64,000 nt of DNA. Source: Rebecca billardiae RCC1528. Taxonomy: Eukaryota; Protista; Haptophyta. The DNA lies in the NCBI GenBank assembly GCA_965240325.2, contig OZ251250.1:990766-1054765 (forward strand). Direction: 5' to 3'. Below the pieces are notes generated by a model. The model ran no database searches. It had not been told where the DNA came from and saw only the letters and a list, made by a program, of their open reading frames with translations. This document shows, in pieces, positions 45,753 through 57,560 of this stretch; the stretch's first letter is position 1, and each line of letters starts with the position of its first letter. The translations under genes were made by a program, and so were the position numbers.

Positions 45753-48730
45753 TCAGCCGCGCGTGGGGCTGGCGGCGTCCTCCGCGCCGGGCGCGCCCTC
45801 GAGCAGCCCGAGCTCCTGCTTGAAGCTCAGCTCGAGCTGGCGGTACTCCTCCTCGGCGCGCGCGTCGAAGCCGTCCGCCTCGGTGCCGCTCGGCTCGGCC
45901 CCGAGCACGCCCGCCTCGGCCGCGACCGCCGCGGCCGCCGCCTCGGCCGCCTGCGCCTCCGGGTCGGTCGAGTTGGCCGCGGCCGCGAGCTGGTCGCGGC
46001 TCTCGAGCTGCCGCGCCACCCACGCGACGCGCAGCACCTCGCGCTCGAAGAAGGCCGCCCTGCGCGCGGCGCGGGCAGGGCGCGCGGCGCGCGAGGCGCG
46101 CGCGTGAGCGCCGGCGCGCGCGCCGCGCCGCGCCGCGCCGCGCCGCGCCGCGCCCGTCGCACACGCACATGGCGCTCTTCTCCGAGTTGGGCGCGCGGCG
46201 CAGGTTGCGCGGCACGTCCATGATGTGCAGCGTGCCCTGGTCGTCGCCCACCGCGAGCAGCTGCGTGCTCGCCATGTTGTACATCGACATGGACGTGATC
46301 GACGCGCCGCCCACCTGCGGCCACGCGGCGGCGCGCGCGCGGCGGCGCGCGCGCGGTCGGCGCGGGGCGCGCGGCGCGCGGCGCGCGGTCGGCGCCGGGC
46401 GGCGCGCGGCGCGGCGCGCGCACGACGTTGAAGGTGGAGGAGGGCTCGTGCGAGCGGTCGATCAGGTCCCACACGTCGACCGAGCCGTCGCTCTTCGCGA
46501 TGAAGAGCACGCCCGCGCGCGTGGGGCTCCAGCAGCCGCACGTGAGCTGCTCGGAGGAGAAGGGCGAGGTGAACACGGGAGAAGTGGTGCCCTCGCGCCA
46601 GAGGTTGAACGACCAGTCGCCCACCGAGAGGTAGACGTCGCGCTGGAGGGGCGCGCGCGCGAGGGCGGTGCACGGGCCGTAGTGCGCGGGCACCACCGTC
46701 TTCACGCCGGTCAGCTCGTGCGCGTCGTCCGCCGGCTGCGCCCCCTCGGGCGGCACGTGCGCCAGCTCGACCAGAGCGACCTCGCCCTCCTCCGTGCCCG
46801 CAAACAGCCGAGAGCCGTGCGGCACGCCGTTCAGCTCAAAGTACGCGGCGCCGAGCTCGCCCGAGCCGTCGAGCTTGGCGAGGGGGATGCGGCAGATGGG
46901 CACCCACAGCAGCTCGTCCTTCTTCGCCGCCACCTCCACCGCCTCCGCCGCCTCGCGGTCCGCCGCCTCGCGGCGCTTCTCTGTCGACTTTGGCGCGAGG
47001 TGCGCGGTCTCCTTGCGCGCGCCGCGCACGTCCCAAAAGCAGATCACGCCGTCGCACGCGGACGTGGCGCACTGGTACCCGACCCACGGCGCGGCGGACT
47101 CGTCCATGCGCAGCTTGCCGCCGGGCGTCGCCTCGTGCTTGTGCGGCAGCCACGAGATCTGCGTCACCGCGCGCTTGTGCGAGTGCTCCACCGAGGAGAC
47201 GGCGCACGGCATCAGGTGCACGACCGAAGAGCCGCCCGCGCCGCCGCCGCCGTCCGCGCCGCCGTCCGCGCCCGCCGAGTCGGCGTTAGCGCCCGGCCCG
47301 GCGGCGGCGGCGGCGGCGGCGGCACCGCCGACGGCGGTGGGGCCGCCGCCGTCCGCGCCGCCGCCCCCGCCGCCGCCCGCGCCGCCGCCGCCCGGCGCGA
47401 GCGCGTGCGGGTTGGCGGGCGCGTCGTTGAGGTCCCACACGCACAGCTGGCCGCTCTCCAGCCCAGCCAGCACCAGGTGGGGCGCGCCCGGGCAGAAGCG
47501 CACGCAGTGCACGTCCATCGGCGCCTCGAGGACGAAGGCGGGGGTGATCGGGTCGGCGAACGACCAGACCAGGCAGTACCCCACGTACGCCTTCCCCGCC
47601 ACCTCCACGCGCTGCTCGAAGCCGAGCGCGCGGCGCAGCGCGACCGCGAGCACGCCCGCCTGGCCGGGCCTCCAGTCCACGTGCGAGATCAGCTTGCCCG
47701 CGCAGTACGTGGTGCGCGAGAAGGACTGGAGCTCCTTCACGTCGGAGTCGGCCTTGTTGCCCAGCGACGCGTCGTCCTCCGCGAGCGCCGCCAGGTCGTC
47801 CGAGTAGATGTCCACCGCCTCGTTCTGCTGCAGCGCCACCTCGAGCAGCGGCTGCGCGCGCGAGAGGAACGCGTCCACCGACGGGTCGCCCAGCGCACTC
47901 GCCGCCTCCGCGCCGCCCATGGTCTGCGCCTCGGTCTGCAGGCCCTTGTTGAGCGGGCGGAACCACGCGGTCTGCGTGCGCGCGTCCGACGTCGCCGCCA
48001 CCGCCTGCGTCGCCGCCTCGCGCTCGAGCCGCTTCAGCTCGAACGACGGGTCCTGCGCACACGCAAACGCGCGGCGCGGCGCGGCGCGCGCGCGCGCGTG
48101 AGCGTGAGCGCGCGCGCGCGCGCGCGGCGGCGCGCGCGGCGGCGGCGCGGCGCGCACCTTGAACGGGCGGCACTCGATGAACCCGTCGTGCGCGTCGCGG
48201 TCCGCCAGCTTGTAGTTGGTGCCGTACTCCCTCCGCTTGCGCGTGATGCTCATGCACAGCTTGTCCCGCCTGCTGAGGATGCGCGCGCCCTCCACCTCGC
48301 CCTCGGAGCCGAGGGAGACCCACGGCTTGGAGACGATGTCGGGCTCGGGCGCGAGCGCCTCCTCCTTCGCCACCGGCGCGGCCACCGCCTGCGCCGCCGC
48401 CTCCGCCGCCTCCTCCTTCGCCCTGAACTCGGCGAGCTGCGCGTCGCGCGCCTTCTCCGTGACCGCCACCAAAAAGTTGTTGCCGTAGTCCTCCTCGACG
48501 TCCCAGACGACGAGGACCTCGGCGGGCGGGTACTTCTTGAGCTTGTCCTTCACCGCGTGGAAGTCCGAGATCGCGCCCTTGAACTGCACCTCGTCGAGCA
48601 CCGCCTGCTTCGAGATGAGCGTGTACGGCCTCGCCTCGGTCAGCTCGTGCCCGATGCGCATCTTGTGCGCCTCCTGCGTGGCCGCGGTGAAGAAGAGCGA
48701 CTCGACGCCCGGGGGCGGCTCGGCCGACAT
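45753..48730 (-). CDS. DNAI3: Inner-arm dynein I1 intermediate chain WDR63/IC140 (3 introns)
   Basis: LFFTAATQE...RPYTLISKQ...ISDFHAVK, PWVSLGSEGEV, ALQQNEAVDIY, WD40 repeats, LSVGDWSFNLW, WSPTRAGVLFI. Confidence 0.9.
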
Positions 48731-48996
48731 CGCGCTCGGCCGGCCCGCGCGGCGCGGCCCGCTCGGCTCGGCTGGGTGGCGCGCGCGCGCGCTCCGCGCT
48801 CCACGGGGAGGGCAGCGAGAGGGCTGGCTGCCCTTGCTCGCCGCAACGACGGAACGGCCGCCACCGGCTGCCGGCGGCACGATGGCGGCGGCGCCCGCCT
48901 TGGTCTTTGTGTCTCTTTGAACGCCGCGCGGCTTTTCTTTTCGGATTATTCCCGCCGATGATATTCGCGAGCTAACGGCCAACGGAACCTGGAGCG

Positions 48997-49662
48997 ATGG
49001 CGGGCCGGCAGCCCAGGCGGCGTGCGGAGGGGGACGACGACGAGGCGGCGTCGGCGGCGGAGCTCGCGCGGCGCGCGGCGGCGGCGCGCGGTGTCGAGCG
49101 CGAGACGCTCGAGCTCGCCGTGCAGGCCGAGCGCCGCCTGCGCGAGGCGCGCGCCGACCGCTGCGCGCTGCTCGCGCGCGTGGCGGAGCTCGAGGCGGCG
49201 CTGCAGAGGGGCGCCGCCGCCGCGGGCGGCGCGCGCGCGCTCGAGGGCGGCGAGCGGGCGCAGCTGCTCGCGCGCATCGAGGCGCTGGAGGAGAGCGTGC
49301 GCCGTGGCGCCGCCGAGCGCGAGCGCCTGCGCGCCGAGGCGGACGGCCTGCGCGCGCGCCTCGCCGCGGCCGGCGGCGGCGCGACGGCCGCGCCTCCCGA
49401 GCGCGCCGCGCCCGCCGCGCCAATCGAGGCGCCGGCGCCGTGGAGCTACGCGCACTGGGCGTCGGCTGCCGGGCTCGCCGACGTGCAACCCGGCCGCGAC
49501 GCCGCCGCCGCCGACGGCGCCGGGCCGGCGGCCGCACTCACAGCTGCGCCGGGCCCCGCGGCTGCAGCCGCACTCGCTGCGGCGGCAGCACTCGCGATGC
49601 CGGTGCGTGCGACTGAGACGGAGGCGGCGCCGCGGCTGCGGTCGATGGACAGCATGGTGTGA
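48997..49662 (+). CDS. Hypothetical coiled-coil protein
   Basis: Heptad-rich LLARVAELEAAL / LLARIEALEESV; GC3 bias; head-to-head with WDR63. Confidence 0.6.
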   Translation: MAGRQPRRRAEGDDDEAASAAELARRAAAARGVERETLELAVQAERRLREARADRCALLARVAELEAALQRGAAAAGGARALEGGERAQLLARIEALEESVRRGAAERERLRAEADGLRARLAAAGGGATAAPPERAAPAAPIEAPAPWSYAHWASAAGLADVQPGRDAAAADGAGPAAALTAAPGPAAAAALAAAAALAMPVRATETEAAPRLRSMDSMV

Positions 49663-50110
49663 CGACGACGGCGACGATCCGCGGTGGCACGCTGCCACGT
49701 GCCTGACGCGTGCGCGCTCACCGAGCTCGTCATTCAGATACGGTCCGGTCCCGGGGATCTGACGGCACTCGGCAGTGACGACGACTCGTCATCAGCCTCA
49801 GGAGTCAGGAGTGATCAGCACCGTCAACGACGCCATCACGGCTTCACGCCCACCAGGCAGCACTCTCTACCGTATCCGGCCTGCATGCCATCGTCATCCG
49901 TTTAATTGCGCGGACCGATAAGCCCACGTCCGCCGGCAGTACTCGGCCCTGATGCTAGCGTACCGTGGACGCCCCGCGGTCCCGCCTAATTCACTACTTC
50001 GGGCGGGCGGAGGCTACTTGGATGTGCGTACTCACGGCAGCAATCGGGGGGGGGGCGCAACGCTGACGACGACGGCGCCGGTCGGGCGCTGCCAGCAGCC
50101 GCTCAGGCGG

Positions 50111-52160
50111 TCAGGCCAGCTTGGCGCGCTTGGCCGCGTGCACGTACGCGTCGATGGCGGCGGGCTCCTTCACGCCGGGCGCGCTCTCAAGCCCCGAGGA
50201 CGCGTCCACGCCCCAGCACGGCTGCGCGGCGCGCACGGCCTGCGCGACGTTCTCGCCGCTCAGCCCGCCCGCGACGAGCACGGGCAGCTGCCGGCCGACG
50301 GTGGCGGCGAGCGCCCAGTCAAAGGCCACGCCCGTGCCGCCGCGTGCGCCGTCGGTCGCGGTGTCGAGCAGCAGCCCGACGGCGTGGCCGGCGTGCGCGG
50401 CCGCGTCGCGCAGCACCGCCTCCGCCGCGCCGCCTTCCTCGCCCGGGCGCACGTGCAGCACCTTGATCGCCGGCACGCTCAGCGCGGAGGCCAGCTCGGG
50501 CTGCTCCGCGCCGTGCAGCTGCACGAGCTCGAGCCCGCACGCGCCCACGTCCGCCTCGATCTCCGCCAGGGGCTGCGCGGCACGCGCCGCGCGGAGGGGG
50601 GGGCGTGGGCGTGGGGCGCGGCGCGCGGCGCGCGCGGCGGGCGCAGCCGGGCGCGCGGGGGGCGGCCCGGCGCGCGCACCTGGTCCTGGAAGACGCCGAC
50701 CAGCAGCGGACGGCCCGCGGCCGCGCGCGCGGCGCTGAGCGCGGCCGCGCCCGCCGCGTACCACGCGGCCGCGTCCGCGGCGGAGAAGGCGCGCTCGGCG
50801 GCGGCGGGCGGGCGCGCGACGGCGACGGGCGCGGCGCCGGCGGGCGTGCCCGCCGCCGCGCGCACCGCCTCGGCCACCGCCTTCGCGCCGGCCGCGTCCA
50901 CCCTCCGCTTCGACGCGGGCGCGAAGATGAGGCCGCACAGGTCCGCGCCCGCGGCCGCGGCGCGCGCGCCATCCTCTGCGCGCGTGAGGCCGCACACCTT
51001 CACAGCGACGCCCGAGGGCAGGGCGGCGTGCGCCCAGAAGGGCGGCGGCGTCGGCGCGCCCTCCGCCGCGCCCGCTCGCGGCGGCGGCTGCGGCGGCTGC
51101 GGCTCGTGCCGCGCCCCCTTCCCCGCCTCGTGCAGCGCGGCCTCGCGCAGCGCGCCCACCAGCTTGGCGGGCTGCTGTGCGCGCATCAGCGCCTCGCCCA
51201 CGAGCACGCCCACCGCGCCCGCGCGCAGCGCCGGGAGCACGTCCGCGCCGGAGGAGACGCCGGAGAGGGAGATGAGGCGGACGCCCTCGGCGGCGGGCCC
51301 CGCCTCGCGCAGCGCCGCGCCCACGCGCACCACCGTCTCCGGGTCCACGACGAACGTGCGCAGGTCGCGGTTGTTCACGCCCAGCACGCGCGCGCCGCAC
51401 CGCAGCGCGGCGCCGAGCTCGGCCACGCCGTTCACCTCGACGAGCGGCTCCATGCCGAGCTCGCGCGCGGCGCGGATGAGCGCGGCGAGGGTGGGCTCGT
51501 CGAGGCACGCCACGATCAGCAGCGCCGTGTCCGCCCCCGCCGCGCGCGCCTCGAGCAGCTGGTAGCCGTCGAGCAGGAAGTCCTTGCGCAGCACCGCCAC
51601 GCGCTCGTGTCCGGCCGCGCGCACGCCGGCGGAGACGGCGCTCAGGTCGGCGAGCGAGCCCTTGAACCAGTGCTCCTCGGTGAGCACGGAGACGACGGTC
51701 GCGCCCGCGCCCGCGTACGCCAGCGCCTGCTCCGTCGCGTCCAGGTGCACCGCGATGTCGCCCTTGCTGCGCGCGCGGCGCGCGCGGCGCGGCGGCCGCG
51801 GGGCGCGGCGCGCGCGTCGGCGACGGGCGCGCGGAGCGCGGGCGGGCGCGCGGGCGCGCGGGCGCACCTGGGCGAGGCGCGCTTGAACTCGGCGAGCACC
51901 GCCATCGGCGCGCCCGCCTCGATCGCGTCGATCAGGCTGCGCGGCGGCGGCTGGTGCGCGATGCGCGCGCGCAGCTCCGCCTCCGGCACGGCCGCCTTGG
52001 CGGCGGCGATGTCGACGAGGCGCTGCGCGACGATGCGGTCGAGGTACGACTCGGACTCGACGGGCGGCGGCTTGGGCGAGGTCAGCCCCGGCGCCACCGA
52101 CGCGCCGCCACCGTCGTCGGCGGCGGAGACGGCGGGCGGCTGGTGGTGCGACGACGACAT
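50111..52160 (-). CDS. trpCF: Bifunctional indole-3-glycerol-phosphate synthase / phosphoribosylanthranilate isomerase (2 introns)
   Basis: AEFKRASP|SKG, SVLTEEHWFKGS, LRKDF, GVNNRDLRTF, LVGEALMR; then VKVCGLT, VQLHG, GGTGVAFDW, VAGGL, GVDASSGLE. Confidence 0.95.
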
Positions 52161-52342
52161 GCTGAAAGGCGCGCGACGAACGGCGACGATGATCAAAGAG
52201 GACTGAGGAGGACCTTCAACCTCGGCCGCGTGGACGCCCGTCCGGAGCGGGGGCGCAAGCAGTGCATCTCAGACTGAGGGACTGACGCTCTGCTGTCATA
52301 CTGTTAGCGGAGTGTCAGACTCTGCAAACTGGCGGCGGCCTA

Positions 52343-53026
52343 CTAAGACTGGGCGGGCAGGCCGGCGGCGGCGCGCACGCGCTGCTCGAGCTCGCGCAGC
52401 GCCTTCGCCAGCGCGTCGGCGTCGCCGTCGTTGTCGACGGTCACGTCGTGCGCCGCGCCGTCGAGGCCGCACTCCGACTCGACGTCGTCCACGCCCGGCG
52501 TGAACACCCACGCGCGCCCGGCGCGCGTAGCGTCGGAGGCGCGCACGCGCACGGCGAGCATGCGCCCGGCGAACTCGCGCCGGAAGAAGGCCAGGTCGGT
52601 GCCGCGCCGCGCGTCCGAGACGATCAGCACCGGCCGCCCGCCCTTGGCCGCGGAGGCGAGCACGAGCCGTGCAAAGAAGCCGGGGTCGGCGTTGCGCTTC
52701 TGCTCGCCCCACACGATCATGTCCGCGCGGTACTTCTCCTTGTACGGGCCGTCGGAGAGGAGCTCCTTGAAGTCCAGCCCGTGCTCGTCCGCGTACGCCT
52801 GCTTGAGCGGCGCGCTCAGCCGGCCGATCGCCGCGTGCGCGTCGGTGAGGCCCGCGAGCAGCCGGTCGGTCACGTAGTCCTTGCCCGACTTGCGCTTGCC
52901 CGAGAAGACGACGACGAAGCGCGGCGCGCCGCCGCCGCCGCGCGCGGCCGCGCGCAGCCGGCGGCGCACCGCGTACGCGAAGACGCCGGCGAACGCGGCG
53001 ACGGCGGCGAGGTCGCGCGCGTGCAT
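52343..53026 (-). CDS. PMVK: Phosphomevalonate kinase, animal (NMP-kinase fold) type
   Basis: FSGKRKSGKDYV, LSAPLK, PYKEKYRADMIVWGE.KR..DPGFF, VSDARR, FTPGVDDVESECGLD. Confidence 0.95.
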   Translation of the reverse strand: MHARDLAAVAAFAGVFAYAVRRRLRAAARGGGGAPRFVVVFSGKRKSGKDYVTDRLLAGLTDAHAAIGRLSAPLKQAYADEHGLDFKELLSDGPYKEKYRADMIVWGEQKRNADPGFFARLVLASAAKGGRPVLIVSDARRGTDLAFFRREFAGRMLAVRVRASDATRAGRAWVFTPGVDDVESECGLDGAAHDVTVDNDGDADALAKALRELEQRVRAAAGLPAQS

Positions 53027-53344
53027 CGTGCGGGGGATCGGCGAAGATCCGCGTCCGGGCTGGGCTGTTGCCCACCGCAGCACCCCGTTATTTATGCGCC
53101 GGACCGGTGGCTTCGTCGTTACAGTTTACTATGTTTTTCCGCGGGGGGGGCACGCCCGGATTTAACCGTGCCGCCCCCGCGGCTTTGTGCAACATCAAGG
53201 AGAGTCCGGACGCTTCCAGTCCGCCTCCAAGTGCGGGGACCCCTCGCGACGGCCGCGCCGCCGCACCCGAGCGTGCCGACCCGCGCCTCGTGATAACACG
53301 CGCATTTGGCGGGGCGCGGGCGGAGCGCGCCGCGCGCGGGCGCG

Positions 53345-54025
53345 TCGGCCCGTACGCTCGGAGCCCCGGGGGAGTCCACTCCGAGCGCGCCGCGCCGCGC
53401 CCGTCGCGCCGCGCCACGGCGTGCGCCGTGCACGCGTTCAGTGCGGCTCGGGTGCCGCGCGCCGCCGCGGAGCGGAAAGAGAGCCGGGAGCGGGTGCGCT
53501 GGCGCGGGCGGGGTGTGGAGGCACGCTACGGGAGTCTACCTCTCGTGCCGCGCGCGCGCGCGCGCTCGGCGCCGTCGCTTGGCGCGGCCGTAGGCGTCCA
53601 AGCGTCGATGGTTGGCCTCGCTGTCGAGGACCGCGCTAAAGGGGGCCGCCTGGGGGCCGTAACGCTTGACGAGACCGAGCACGCTGCTGACGAGACCGAA
53701 TACGCACCGGCACCGGCCCATGGAAGCCCGCCGCGCGCTGTGGCCGCGCGCCGCGCGCACATCAGGCGGGGCGCGCGCGGAGTCCGCCGCGCGTGGGGGC
53801 CTCAGCCAGTACGCTCAGGCCCCCGGGGGAAGCACATGCGACCTCGCCGCGCCGCGCCCGTCGCGCCGCGCCACGGCGTGAGCAGTGCGTCCCGGTTCGA
53901 CCAGGGTCGCGGCGCGCGCCGCTGCGCGCTACCACTGGGGCGGATGGTGCGCGCCGCGCGCGCGGGGGCGGCTTGTGGAGGCGGGCGGTGACGGCCCGGC
54001 TCGTCTGCCGCGCGCGCGCCGCCCT
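53345..54025. repeat. Diverged direct repeat (two copies of about 200 bp, about 460 bp apart)
   Basis: GTACGCTC..CCCCGGGGGA...CGCCGCGCCGCGCCCGTCGCGCCGCGCCACGGCGTG at about 53352-53423 and about 53809-53880. Confidence 0.7.
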
Positions 54026-55151
54026 GCGTTGCGTCCCGAACTCTCCGTGCTCGCAGGGTGCGGATGCTGCACGAGAGCCAGTGCTGTGACTCTCCGTGAC
54101 GGGCTGGGCTGGGCTGCTAGGCGGCTGCGGGCCTCCCGTGTGGGTTGGGTGGATGCCCGCTGCGACGCTGGCCGCACGATTGCGTCCTTCCGCTTTGCCT
54201 TGCCCTTGGCAGCTGCGCCACCGTTGTGCGGCATGTGCTGCCAGGTGAGCGAGGCTCGCTCCTCGGGCGGCTGGATGACCACAATCGCGGATGGCTTGGT
54301 GCGGACGGGGTGGTCTTGGTCCCCTGTCTCATCGCCAGCACGTTGCGGCTGCAGCAGCCGCAGGCGTGTCTGCTTGATGGGCTCCGGCCGGCAGCCCAGA
54401 CTCCATTTTACCTCTCACATCAGTGGGCCTTGGGGCAGTGAGCTGGTGTCAGGTGTGACGCCGGGCATCAAGCCTGAAATCGGCAGGGAGGCGGAGGGAG
54501 CGCACCACGTTAATTCACGTGCGACTCGTGCGACAGGTGCCTGGTGACGTCTCGCCGTATGGCCACTTGTGGGCCAACCGGCCAGTGCACGGCGCGGTTG
54601 GCTCGCTCGCACTGCGTCTGCGGCGCCTGGCCGGCACCAGGGCGCGTTCGTAAGATTCCTATAGTTTACCGCGGATCGTGTCAGACGTCACAGCCCATTG
54701 ATGCGCGTCAGTCCGAGGTTAGCCAGCACGAGCACAGCCAGGGGGAAGCTATGCCGGAACCAAGTCGTGCTGCACAGGTGGCGCCACACCGCACGCGAGG
54801 ACTCGCCGGCTGCGGGCTGGTCACTCCGTCACTCGCATGGGCCACACCTCCGACCTCGACTGTCTCCTATACCTATGCTGGAACCAGAGATCGTCGTCTA
54901 GAAGGTGAGGCGGAACCTTGCGGGATGGTCACGGCGCTGGATGGACAGAGGGAGCGCTGCTGAGTGCTGGCGAGGACATCGTTTGCGCAGCACGGCCGGA
55001 CGGCCGCGGACCATTTCTTCTTTACGGTTATAACGTGCACACAGTACTGAAAACGGACTTGAGCTCGCGCTTTTTCGCGACCGGCGGCCGGACCCCGGCC
55101 GCGCGGGCGAGCAAAGCAAAGGACACCGGCGGCGGAAGCAGGTCTGCCCCC

Positions 55152-56705
55152 ATGGTGGCGGCGGGCGAGCTCGCCGCGCACGCGCGCCGCCTCGAGGCGA
55201 GCGCGAAGCGCGCGATGATGCAGCGCGGCGGCGGCGGGACGCGGGACGACGGCGCGCTCGCACCCTCGCCACGCCCGCCCTCGCCCGCGCGCTCCGCCTC
55301 CGCGCCCGCGCGCGGCGAGGCGAGCGGCGCGGCGCGCCGCCGGCCGTCGACGGCGGGCGGCGGCGCGACGCCGCCGCCCGACGCGGTGTGCGGCCGCGTG
55401 CAGCGGATGGAGCGCGAGCGGGCGGAGCGCGCGCGGCGCAACGCCGAGGCCAAGCGGCTGCACGCCGACCAGGCGCGCGCCGCGCTGCGCCGCGGCGGCG
55501 TCGAGCGCGTGCGGCACGCGCAGATGGTGGCCGACTGGCGCGCGGCCGCGGCGGCGCGCGGCGGAGCGGACGCGCCGGCGGGCGAGGGCGAGGGCGGCGG
55601 CGGCGGGGCGGCGCCGCCGTGGGGCGCGCACGAGCGCATCCGCGTCGTCGTGCGCAAGCGCCCGCTGCTCGGCCGCGAGCGCGCGGCGTGCTGCGTGGAC
55701 GCGCTCACGGTGCTGCCGCACGGCCGGCTGGCCGCGCACGAGGCGAAGGCGACGCTCGACCTGTCGCCCGCGCTGCACACGCACGCGTTCGGCTTCGCCG
55801 CGGCGTTCGGCGCCGACGTGCCCACCGACGCGCTCGCCGCGCGCGCCGGCGTGCCCGCCCTCGCCGCGCACGCCGCGCGTGGCGGCGTGTGCGCCGTGCT
55901 GGCGTACGGGCAGACGGGCTCGGGCAAGACGCTCACGATGGCGGGCGGAGGCGGGCGCGGGGGGAACGGCGCGGGGCTGTGCGCGCTGGCGGGGCGCGCG
56001 CTGCTCGGCGCGTGCGCCGGCGCCGAGCTGCTCGCCAGCGCGTACGAGGTGCGCGGCGCGCTCGTCACCGACCTGCTCGCGGGCGGCGCGCGCGTGGCCG
56101 TGCGCGACGACGCGGCCGGGCGCGCGCACGTGGCGGGCGCGCGCGTGCTGCGCGTGCGCGACGCGGCCGCGCTCGACGCGCTGGTGGCGGGCGCGATGGC
56201 GGCGCGCGCGACGGCGCCGACGGCCGCGAACGCCGCCTCCTCGCGCTCGCACGCGCTCCTCCGCCTGTGCGTCCCCGCGTCGGGCGGCTCGCTCACGCTC
56301 GTCGACCTCGCGGGCTCGGAGCGCGCGGCGGACGCGGGCGCGCCCGACCGCGCGACGCGGCTGTCGGGCGCGGAGATCAACAAGTCGCTGCTCTGCCTGA
56401 AGGAGTGCATCCGCGCGCTGGACGCGGGCGCGGCGCGCGTGCCCTTCCGCGGCTGCGCGCTCACGCACGTGCTGCGCGAGGCCTTCTCCGCGCGCGGCGC
56501 GCGGCTGCTCGTGTGCGCGTGCGTCGCGCCCGCGTGCGGCTCGCTCGAGGCGTCGCTCAACAGCCTGCGGTACGCGGCCACGCTGCACGCACTGCCCAGG
56601 GCGCACCGCGCGCAGGAGGCGGCGGAGCGCGAGGCGCGCGAGGCGGCGGCGCGCGAGGCGGAGGCGCGCGAGGCCGCCGCCGCGCCCGCGCCTGCGCCCG
56701 CCGCC

Positions 56706-56748
<43 letters not shown>

Positions 56749-57560
56749 GTTGGGAGCAGCCGCGTCCACAGCCGCCCGACCCGCCCGCGCCGCCCGCGCC
56801 GATCGACGCGCCCGCGACGCCGCGCCGCCGCGCGCCGCGCGCCGACGGGCCCGACGACGCCGCGGGCGGCGGCGGCGCCGGCCTGGGCGGCCAGATCGCG
56901 CGGCTGTGGACGCGGCTGGTCGGCGGCTTTGCGCCGCCCGCCCCCAAGCCCGGCGCGCTCGCGCGCGCGGCCGCGGCCGTCGCGCCGCGGCCGCCGCCGG
57001 CCGCGCGGCCGGCGGGCACGGCGGCGAGCGCGCTCGGCCGCGCGCTGAGCCACGGCGCGTGCGAGGCGCGCTACTTCGCCTCCACCCTCGCGCTCTCCGA
57101 GAGCGCGAGCGCGATGGTCGAGCAGCACCGGCAGGCGCTGCTCGCAGACCGCGCGCTGCTAAGGCACGAGCGCGCGCAGCTGGCCGCCACGCCCGGCGTG
57201 GCCGAGTACGTGCGCCAGCTCGACGCGATGGTGGCGGCGAAGGTGAGCCTCTCGCTCGAGCTGCAGCAGCAGCTCGCCGCGCTCAAGCGCCAGCTGCTCG
57301 AGCAGCAGGCCGTCGCGCGCGCGCTCGACAGCTCGGCCGCCGCGCCGCCGCCGCACGCGCCGCCGCCGCCGCGCGCGAGCGGCGGCGCGGCGGCGGCGGC
57401 GGCGGAGGGCGGCGCGTGGTACGCGCTGCCGATGCCGCCCCGCGCCGCGCGCGCGCGCGGCGCGGAGCAGGAGGCGGGCCCGGGCGCGGACGACGAGCCG
57501 CCGAGCCGCGCGCTCACCACGGCCGCGGAGGCCGTCGCCGTGTGGCAGTTTGGCGGGTGA
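55152..57560 (+). CDS. Kinesin-13-family protein with an internal motor, intronless
   Basis: RIRVVVRKRPL, AYGQTGSGKT, NAASSRSHA, LVDLAGSERAAD, GAEINKSLLCLKECIRAL (KEC), LNSLRYA; C-terminal coiled coil YVRQLDAMV. Confidence 0.9.
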
